DNA from: Chiloscyllium plagiosum
Taxonomy: Eukaryota
Direction of reading: 5' to 3'
DNA length: 64,000 bases
Assembly: GCF_004010195.1 (NCBI RefSeq)
Contig: NC_057718.1
Coordinates: forward strand, 94,411,205-94,475,204
The notes under the pieces were generated by a model, which had not been told where the DNA came from, did no database searches, and was given only the letters and a program-made list of their open reading frames with translations. Positions 12,125 through 21,159 of the stretch are shown one piece after another (the first letter of the stretch is position 1; every line of letters begins with the position of its first letter). The translations under genes were made by a program, and so were the position numbers.

Positions 12125-13909
12125 TCAGGTAGCCACACCGGATATCTCTGTGCTCTGAAGCTGCTGCTTTTGCTCATCTAGAGAAGTGACTTGACAGAGG
12201 TCCATGTCTACGTTAGTTGGTTTGTAGGCGGCAGAGGCTTTCCACTTGCCCCGTTTGGCCAGCAGGTGGTGAGCCAAGCCGGCAAACACCAGAGTCAAGA
12301 CGGCGATAGCGAAAATGGAGGCCAGAACCACGACGAGGGAGACCCCAGCCTGGCCAGGTTGGATGACACGGGGCGAGACGGTAGTGGGGAGTAGGGTACT
12401 GCCACTGCCGGAGCCTTCGATGTCGCAAGTGATACCATCTTCCTGAAGCACTAAGCCCTCTTTGCAGTCACATTTGAAGCTGCCAGGGGTGTTGGTGCAA
12501 GTCATGTCGCAAGCGCCGGAGGCACACTCATCGATATCATGGCAAATGTTGCGCAGGTCATCATAAATATAACCCACTGGGCAGTAGCAGTCCATTCCAA
12601 TGCAGCGGGCAGCACAGGGGTCTGTTTTTTCCTCGCAATAGAACACACATTCTCGACTATCTTGGGGGTCCGAGTGGTAGCCTGGATAGCAGCTGCATTT
12701 GTAACTTCCCGCAGTGTTGGCACAGCGTTGGGCACAGGGGGTGATGGTGTCACACTCGTTAACATCCTCACACTTGTTGTCCCTGCCCAGCCGGTAACCG
12801 GGGAAGCACTCGCAGCTGAAGTTGCCCGGGGTGTTCACGCAGCGCTGCTCGCACGGTCTCTGCTGGCACTCGTCCACGTCGGTGCAGCTCTTGCTGTCCT
12901 CGCCCAGGGTGTAGCCGTCCCAGCACAGGCAGTACGGGGTGCCGCTCTGCACGATGCAGCGGTGCTCGCACCTCGCCTCCCGGCACGGGTCGAAGGGCTG
13001 GCAGCTGGTGTTGTCCTCGCCCAGGGTGTAGCCGGCCGGGCAGCCGCACCGCGGGCCGCCGCCGGGCCCCGAATCGCCGCGGCACGTGTGCTGGCAGCCG
13101 CCGTTCTCCACCTGGCAGGCCCAGGGCGCCGAGGCCTGAGGGCCCCGCCAGGCCCCGCGCGTCTCGCCCGCCTCCCCCGGGCGGCAGGTGAACTCGAGGC
13201 CCCAGGGGGCCACCTGCGCTCGGGTGCCGGCGGGCAGCTCGGACAGGTGGCCGCCGTCGGCGCCGAACGGGGTGCGGTAGACCACGGTGGCGTTGCCGCC
13301 GGCCCTCAGGCGCCCGCAGCTGCCCGGGTACCGGTACTCGCACAGGACCCCGTCCGCCTTCTGGTTGCACGGCCGCTCCTCCCAGGTGCCGCCGGCGGAC
13401 ACCGTCACGCAGCGGGGGCCGCACTCCTCCGTCGCCGCGCCCCACTGGCTGTAGTTGGCGGCGGCCTCGCCGTCCACCCAGCGGTAGCCCCGCAGCAGGC
13501 TCTCGTTGCTAGGGCAGGCCTTGTGGTGCAGCTGCAGGCCGATCCAGAAGTTCTCCTTCACTCCTCCTCCCGTCCAGCGGGGGCGCTCGCCCCCACCCGC
13601 AGCGGGGCTCTCGGTTCCTCCTCCCGTCCAGCGGGGGCGCTCGCCCCCCACTTCGCCGCCGGAGCCCAGCAGCACGGCGATGGCTTCGGCGGCCACGGTG
13701 GAGCCGACGGTCATAGCATCCCCCTCGCCGTTCTTGCAGAGTTTGCGGGCCATGTTGAACTTCCTGCGCTGCCGCTGCAGGCTGTAGCAGACGGTGGCGA
13801 CGCAGACGCTGGGGGTGGGCTCCTGCACCGCGGGCTGTGGGCTCAGCACTCCGTGCACCAGCCCGCCGTGCAGCCCGGCGCTCAGGCAGAGGCACAGCAG
13901 CAACAACAT
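12125..13909 (-). CDS. THBD: Thrombomodulin (CD141), 594 aa, intronless: signal peptide, CTLD, sushi-like region, 6 EGF, short Ser/Thr stalk, TM helix, cytoplasmic tail
   Basis: ATG at 13909 (gagACAATG, A at -3) opens MLLLLCLCLSAG. CTLD has MTVGSTVAAEAIAVLL, FWIGLQL, WEERPCNQKADGVLCEY. The thrombomodulin-specific EGF5-6 signature CYCPVGYIYDD...CHDIDEC and an SGSG GAG site are present. Adjacent to CD93. Confidence 0.95.
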   Translation of the reverse strand: MLLLLCLCLSAGLHGGLVHGVLSPQPAVQEPTPSVCVATVCYSLQRQRRKFNMARKLCKNGEGDAMTVGSTVAAEAIAVLLGSGGEVGGERPRWTGGGTESPAAGGGERPRWTGGGVKENFWIGLQLHHKACPSNESLLRGYRWVDGEAAANYSQWGAATEECGPRCVTVSAGGTWEERPCNQKADGVLCEYRYPGSCGRLRAGGNATVVYRTPFGADGGHLSELPAGTRAQVAPWGLEFTCRPGEAGETRGAWRGPQASAPWACQVENGGCQHTCRGDSGPGGGPRCGCPAGYTLGEDNTSCQPFDPCREARCEHRCIVQSGTPYCLCWDGYTLGEDSKSCTDVDECQQRPCEQRCVNTPGNFSCECFPGYRLGRDNKCEDVNECDTITPCAQRCANTAGSYKCSCYPGYHSDPQDSRECVFYCEEKTDPCAARCIGMDCYCPVGYIYDDLRNICHDIDECASGACDMTCTNTPGSFKCDCKEGLVLQEDGITCDIEGSGSGSTLLPTTVSPRVIQPGQAGVSLVVVLASIFAIAVLTLVFAGLAHHLLAKRGKWKASAAYKPTNVDMDLCQVTSLDEQKQQLQSTEISGVAT

Positions 13910-13988
13910 TGTCTCCACTCTCTGCTTCTGTGCTGCTCCAGAAACCACTTCTTCCAACAACTCTGTCCCGCAGCCAGTCAGACTCTGA

Positions 13989-14027
13989 TTTAAATAGTCC
14001 AGGACGGATTGCACTACGGAAGGAAGT
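13989..14027 (-). promoter_or_regulatory. THBD core promoter: TATA-like TATTTAAA (13989-13996) and tandem ETS cores GGAAGGAAGT (14018-14027, plus strand)
   Basis: The motifs are 80-120 bp upstream of the signal-peptide ATG, within CpG-rich sequence. Confidence 0.6.
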
Positions 14028-14807
14028 GGGTTAAAACAAAAAAAAAGGGCTGGGACTTTGTGATGCAACTGATTCAAAGGAGTTATTTGTCCCGGTGCCA
14101 ATTTTGCAAACTTCATGCGAGTGAAGTGGACTTGGCCAAACTTTCACTGCGGACTGATCACTCGAACAGATCCTCTCTCCCACGTCTATCAACATTTGCC
14201 CACACTTTCATACGATCCTCAGGAGGAACAATGAGTATTCTCCCTATAAAAATTTACTTACTTCCCCGCGAAGACACCCCACTTACTTTCCTTTATCACT
14301 TTTTTCAAATGTTGTAATTTTAAAAAATGTTTTAAATCGACCTTTTCAAATTGGACGTTTTTTCTCTCTGGGTTTCTCCAGCACCATTTTTTCAGATATT
14401 TGATATATAGGGCAGGTGGGTCATAAAACCAACGGAATTTTATGGTTCACGTTATGAAACCATGCACCACCACACCCCAAGCCGTGTTTTTTTTTACATG
14501 TTTTTCAACGCAAATCCTCCTCTCCGCCTAATTTGTCGGAGCCAAATTTGCTGGTGCCGCAAATGTCATTTGTGGCATGTGAGATAGTTCATATCAAAAG
14601 CAAATGCTCGATCCAGTTTCTAAAACAGGCGTTTCAGTTACTGTTTTGCTCAAGTCGTTACAAACTGTCTGGATTTGCACAGTATTTTTAAATTGTGTCT
14701 CAGTGGGTTTTCATACATAGCTGTACAATTTCCTGTTTGAACCAGAAAACAGTTTAAAAAAACCCACCACGAGCGACTTGAAAACCCAAGTTCCCGCAAC
14801 CCAAGTT

Positions 14808-15063
14808 CGCCTCAGGCGACTCTCTGTGTGGAGTTTGCACATTCTCCCCGTGTCTGTGTGGGTTTCCTCCGGGTGCTCTGGTTTCCTCCCACAATCCAAA
14901 AATGTGCAGGTTAGGTGGATTGGCCATGCTAAATTGCCCGTAGTGTTAGGTGAAGGGGTAAATGTAGGAGGATGGGTCTGGGTGGGTTACGCTTCGGCGG
15001 GTCGGTGTGGACTGGTTGGGCCGAAGGGCCTGTTTCCACACTCTAAGTAATCTAATCTAATCT
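14808..15063 (+). mobile_element. HE1-like SINE, 5' truncated
   Basis: Near-consensus body and (TAATC)n tail. Confidence 0.9.
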
Positions 15064-16347
15064 AGAAACCAAGAAGGTCAAATAAAACAGAACCCAACAA
15101 GTTACCATTTAATAAGGGTTTTGCATTGGAAATCAGACCGTGACCTGTGCATTTCATGATCAGAAAGGGAATGTGTTTAAAAACTGCGAATTCTGGGAAA
15201 ACGTCAATCGTTATCGGTGACTTGGGAATAGTAGTGAGAACAGGAAGGTACACAATGTCCGATTTTGGTTTGGGAGGAAAAAAATCGTGATTTTGCTGTC
15301 ACAATTGGGGGACAACCAAAATTCTAGAGCAAGTCGTGGATGACGGTAACACTGAATAAATACATGCACACCGCTGGAATATTAATTTTAAACTTAGTTA
15401 AAAGCTTCTGCTGAATTGCTATCAGCCTTGATCATGGTGAAAATTATTCCCGAACCAAGGTCACGATAACGTTACCAGTTGGAAAGTTTTCTCAGCCCTT
15501 AAATAGTTTGGATTTTTATTTTTATTCATTCAAGCATATTTTTATTGGATTTTTACTCATTCAAGCAACATCAATGTTTTGGGCTGTAGCAAAGTATTTA
15601 ACACTGAACTACGCGATTACGAATATCAGAAGCCAACCTCCCCTGCCCCTAAAACTGTCTGGATGTAATGAAGGCAGAATCTAGCCCCTACCCCCGAGGT
15701 CATTTGTGAATTGGCTGGTGTGTAAATAGTTGGGAATGAACGAGCCAATCTCTTCCTGTGAGCGAGCTATCACCGTGAGGATTCGCTGGTGTCTCCGCCA
15801 AATACTTGCGGTTTTAAAAGTTCTGCCCGCTGAAGCCAGAACATGCAATTTTCTTGTTGGCACAGCGTGTGTCTTCGCAATGGGCTTCTGTGGCGATTTC
15901 CCGAGAGGTTCCCAGTTTGGTGGCGCTGTTGTTAACTTTATGAGAAATGTTGAAGAACAGACTTTCTTTTCTCAAAAACACACTCACTTTGGGTCGTCGA
16001 GGCATTGACTTTTGTAATGTCCGTTTAACTTTCAGGGATAATTATTCCTGTTTAACTCGATTGTCATTTATACACTATGAGCTCTTCCACTTCCCGTAAT
16101 GTTCACTATACCACAATCCAAGCATAACTTCCCCTCCATCCACGTCTGTTTTCTAATCATCACTGTCCGGTATTTCCTATCCTTACACCTGATATTAAAT
16201 GTGGGAAGCTTCCAAGCTTCTTTGCCACAAACAACTGCCCCTGCACTATCCATCCCGTTCAAACTTCCTCTAAAATTCCTCTAAACTTTCATCCCCGTTT
16301 CTCTGCCATCATCCTTATTGCTCCCCTCTGAGCTCATCTTGTCAATG

Positions 16348-16672
16348 ATCATAGAACCATAGAGATGTAAACAGACCCTTCGGTCCAACTCGTCCATGCT
16401 GACCAGATATCCTAAATTAATCTCGTTCCATTTGCCAGCATTTGGCCCATATCCCTCTAAAACCTTCCTATTCATATACCCATCCAGATGCCTTTTAAAT
16501 GTTGTAATTCTACCAGCCTCCAGCACTTCCTCTGGCAGCTCATTCCATACATGCACCACCCTCTGTGTGAAAATGTCCCTTAGGTCCCTTTTAAATCTTT
16601 CTCATCTCACCTTGAACCAATGCCCTCTAGTTCTGGACTCTCCTGCCCCAGGGAAAACGCTTTGTCTATTTG
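16348..16672 (-). mobile_element. CR1 3' end
   Basis: ORF 16281..16559 VWNELPEEVLEAGRITTFKRHLD. Confidence 0.9.
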
Positions 16673-16989
16673 CCAAATGTTTATTACTCAATAAGCTATC
16701 TTTTCTTGTCAAATCAGTCAACTGTGTATTTCTATCAATTTCTTATGAATATTGAACATGTTTTGTGTGAAAGGACAGATCCCTTCTTGCCAGTTCATAC
16801 TGTTGGATTCACAAGCTTCTCAGAGTCAGCAATTCTAGACCCTGTTAACACATCAGCACTCAGTATTGAGCTGAAAACTGTTCAAGTCAGGAAGAATTAC
16901 TGTTAGGCATTTGGCAGTGCAGTTTTGACTTCCATTATCCAGTAAAGGCTCAGAGCTAAAGGTTCAATACACAACCGAGTCAAAACAGC

Positions 16990-17090
16990 CCTGGTTCTGA
17001 TAAAAGGTCAATGACCTGAAACACTGACTTTGCTCTTCCTGATATAGACACTGCCAGATATCCCAAGGATTTCTTGCATTTTCTGTTTTC
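16990..17090 (+). mobile_element. Old Penelope-like terminal fragment
   Basis: ctgataaaaggtcaatgacctgaaacac, a decayed CTGANGA-stem-GAAAC motif followed by the typical tail. Confidence 0.5.
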
Positions 17091-17221
17091 ACTGGCCCGC
17101 TATCAATGTTGGCTACTTGACCAATATATTCCGCTGCAAATGAAAGTAGTTTCAAATCATCCAATGAAAGAAAAAGATCAATGCACATCAAGCAACATTG
17201 TTTCAACAAAATGACATATCT

Positions 17222-17385
17222 AGGTGAGAGGACAAAGATTCAAAAGGAACCTAAAGGGTGACCTTTGTCACACAGAGTGTGGTGGTGTACGGAATGAGCT
17301 GGCAGAGGAAGCGGTGAAGGCTGGCACAATTACAACATTCAAAAGGCATCTGGATGGGTACAAGGATACAAAGGGTTCAGAGGAT
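17222..17385 (+). mobile_element. CR1 3' fragment
   Basis: RGQRFKRNLKG...TITTFKRHLDGY. Confidence 0.8.
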
Positions 17386-18523
17386 ACACTGTACTCAGCC
17401 CTGAAATATGATTTAGAAGTAGGAGTTAGCCAATTAACCCTTGCTTTCTCTGCAATAAGATCAAAGTCAGTCTATTAATTCGACATTCCACTTACTTATC
17501 AAGAATGGATTGACTTTACCTTAAAAATATTCAAAGACTCTCCTACCATCTTTGAGGAAGGGAGTTCAAATGATTTGTGACTCTATCAGAAAGAAATCAG
17601 TCTACAGTGAGTAACACATTCATTTTTCAACAGTGACCCCGGTTCAAGATTCTCCCAAAAGAGTGAACATCCAGTCCACATTCATCCTGTCAAGCCCCCT
17701 CAGGTTTCAATCAAGGCACCTCTTACCCCTCTAAGCTCCAATGGATACAAGCCAGGTCTTTCCAAACATTTATCGTAAAACCCCATTGCCATCAATATCC
17801 CTTTGTAGCTTCCTTATGCATTTTGAACAACTTACTTTTATACCTATCTTTGTGTATGTTTTGCTCTCTTAATCCATTGTACTGAATGACTAATCATCCA
17901 ATAACCTCCTGGTATCCATGGTAGCTAGATTATAAATGGTTTCTTTTTTCTGTCTTTTGAATCGGTTCGCATTACGCCACTTCCCAAACAAAAACCCCTC
18001 GACCCACCATCCTTTCAAGTGACCACCTCTGTCTCTGAGCTCTCTTTGCTCTCCAAAGTCCTTGCACATGTCACCTCCTAAAGCTGTTCCCATTTGTGTT
18101 TCCACGTTTGATTCCTTCTAGGTGTATTCAGTTTCCTAGATGCTAAGCTTTGGAATGCCCTCCCATTACCTCTCCACTTCATGACCCAACTTTCCTTTGT
18201 AAAGAAACTTATTAATATGTATTTCTGACCAAGATTTTGGTCAATTTATCTTATATCTGTTCACATGTACTCAGCGTGGTACTTTGTTTTATCACATTCC
18301 TGTGAACCGCCTTGAGGCATTTTGTTACATTATAGATGCTATATAAGTAGAAGTTGCTGTTGTTAAGATAACCAGAGCAGCTCAGGACCGTTAGATACTA
18401 GATATCTTAGCATATAGCTGAGCACTACATTGTTAAAAAGGGTGTTGGTGCTTTTCTATGCATGTGACATAAATTAACTTGAAGGAGTTGCAGAAGTGAC
18501 ACAAATCTGCTGCTTCACTAAAT

Positions 18524-18557
18524 GTCTCTCTCTGTCTCACACACACACACATACACA
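18524..18557. repeat. (CT)n(CA)n compound microsatellite
   Basis: tctctctctgtctcacacacacacacatacaca. Confidence 0.85.
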
Positions 18558-18607
18558 GCAAAGTCTGAGCAAATAACTCATCTGATTAATCACATTGCAA
18601 ACACTCA

Positions 18608-18945
18608 GGGAGGTGATGATGCAGTGGTAATGTAACTGGACTTATGATCCAGACCCTAATGTTCTATGGACATATGCACAAATCGCACCATGGAATTGGT
18701 TGAGATTTTAAATTTGCACAAAAATCTGAATCAAAATGTTAGTCTAATTGTGAGCATGTAATTTAATTTAAAAAACAATTTGGTTCATTAATGCCCTTTA
18801 AAGAAAAGTAACTGCCATCCTTACCTGGTCTGACCTATATAAAACTCAAGATCTACAGCAATGTGGTTTACCCCTAGCCTCCTTCTGGGGATGGGCAATA
18901 ATTGTTGGCCTAGACGGTGATCCCATGACTGAATTGAAAAAAAAA
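18608..18945 (+). mobile_element. Second tRNA-derived SINE family (related copies at ~42829-43180, ~53745-53970, its mirror ~57703-57928, and ~60712-60921)
   Basis: Shared blocks gcagtggtaat..., actaatgcccttt.gggaaggaaatctgccatccttacctggtctg, and an A-rich end. Confidence 0.7.
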
Positions 18946-19859
18946 GCACTTAGCATGAACACGTGCAACAAGCACGTGGCCAACATTAAATATTTATCTC
19001 AAAAGAAAAATGTAGACTATCTATTTTAGAGTTCAAGGAAATTCACACACAGGGGAATTCCAGTATTTAGCTGAAAGAAAACAGTAAGTTACAATACCAA
19101 GCACTAAAAACACAATAGGCGTTCAATCTGACATTTGATGATACAGAACCCGAATATTGTTGAAATAAAGGACTCATTAAAGCTTTTCTTGTACCCATCA
19201 GGAACAGCGCAAGAGTTCCAAATTTCAAATGGTCACACCAATTTATAAGTAGTACGTTTTCCTCCTTTATTATACATTGTTGTGGTCATTTAAAATTTGA
19301 CATTCTTGCATTGGTTCTTGATGAATGGAAGATGAAAAATATCAGCAACATATCTTTTTTTTCAGTAAAAGTCTTTCAGTGGTCATGGAGGTTATGCTGT
19401 CTCTGGTCTGTAATTTATATCTGATTACTGGTCAAAATTGTTCTTCCTTGTTTTGGCAACTGTGGATCACTCATGATTTGTGCTTCAGGGAAAAAAAAGT
19501 TCTTGAATCTCAGGGCTTTGCTGTCACTTAATCATCATATTAATCAATTGGTGCCATTTTCTACAATTTAATAAGTCACCTTCCACATTGAAAAGTGTAA
19601 TTTAGAATTAGAATTAGATTTTATTATCATGTGTACTCAAATACAGGGATAAAGGAGTACAGTGAAAAGTATACGATGTTATCATTCCTAGCGCCATATC
19701 ATTACCAAGGTACCTCTGTGCAAAATCTTAGGTGCAAAGTAGAAAAATAAAGAAATATAGTTAAAAGTTCATCAGTGAAGCTCTTCTTAGTATAGATTAG
19801 AAAAATATTGGAATAAAGTTGGAAGTTCAACAGTAGCCTGGGGCTTTTCTCCTCGATCG

Positions 19860-20216
19860 TTGGAACCTTATAGAGGTTTACAAAATCACGAAGGGAATGG
19901 ACAGGGTGAATAGCCAAGGTCTTTTTCTCAGGGTGAGTCCAAAACTAGAGGACATAGATTCAAGGTGCGAAGGGAAAGAAAAGGATAGCTTTTTCATGCT
20001 GAGGATGGCATGTTAATGGAATGTAGCTGCCAGAGGAAGTGGTGAAGGTGGGTACAATTTCAACATTTAAAAGGCATCTGGATAGGTGTATGAATAGAAA
20101 GGGTTGGAGAGATATGGGCCAAAAGTTGGCAAATAGGAATGGATCAAATTGGAATGTCTGGTTGGCACAGATGAGTTGGACTGAAGGGTCTGTTTCCATG
20201 TTGTATGACTCTATGA
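19860..20216 (+). mobile_element. CR1 3' end
   Basis: GTISTFKRHLDRCMNRKG plus ctctatga tail. Confidence 0.85.
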
Positions 20217-20771
20217 CAGTCTGGACCACACAACTTGATGAGGTGTTTCTCTCAGTTTCTTCTCTTTTTTTTATTTCTTTGCTGTTGACAAAAGAATGTT
20301 ACACGTGAAGACTCTTTCACACATTGGTTGAGAATTCACCCTTTCTCCATTTTTAAAGATATGTAATTCCTCCATCAACAAGAAGTTTGCAAAGAAAAGT
20401 GAGTGGAAGATAGCTAGCTGTTACTAGAACTGCACTTTAGAGAGAGAGACAGAAACCAAGATTTTTTGATGCTCTATCTTTGCAAACTTTGGTTCTCTGC
20501 TGTACCAATGCCACATAAGGCATGGTCATCTGCTCAGTAGCCAATCAGAGCATTGTTGCCAGGCAACTATCTCCCTTTGTTCAGAACCCCTTGGCACGGT
20601 GGTATCTGCTTATTTGCTGTTACGATTTCAGGAGAGCACAGTATTGCGTAAAATACACAACGTGCTCCAGTAATCATTGTTTTTAAATTTGAAGCCATAT
20701 GTTTGCATTGTCACCTTGATTTAATAGCTGTAAAACATTTTTTAGTCTACAGTTCAAACATAAAGGAAATA

Positions 20772-20972
20772 CCGTTGATTCTGCCATAACGCAGTAGTTA
20801 CATTTTCATGCAATCCCGTGTTATAAGAAAACTATGTAATAGCCCCACCATTTAAACCAATGGGGCCGGAATTGCGTTATAACTAATACACACTTTATTT
20901 TTTTGCCCAATTCATCATTCATGTTATAGCGAATTTGCATTAATGAAATGCGCGTTATAGTAGAACGACCTG
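20772..20972 (+). mobile_element. Tigger/pogo-like MITE
   Basis: Imperfect TIRs (ttctgccataacgc / gcgttatagtagaa), TA flanks, homologous to 61798-62016. Confidence 0.75.
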
Positions 20973-21159
20973 TAAAAAGCTGTGGTATTTACAATATTTA
21001 ATAGAATGGAATGTCTTTATTTTTTAAAAAAATTACTTTCATTTCCCTGATCGTAGAATTGAAGAAATGTTCCAATTTGATTTAGTCTTTAAACTTGTCC
21101 AAACTCCCTTAAAGCATAGGCTGCCTATCTATAACATGTTAAAAGGGACCTTCTGAGTA

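Noticed and set aside
12539..13993. 484-aa antisense ORF and other overlapping frames on THBD
   Set aside because: Shadow ORFs of a GC-rich CDS with low-complexity Ala/Gly/Arg composition.
13910..14116. 69-aa in-frame N-terminal extension of the THBD ORF
   Set aside because: It runs through the TATA/ETS promoter motifs. The signal peptide and good Kozak context are at 13909.
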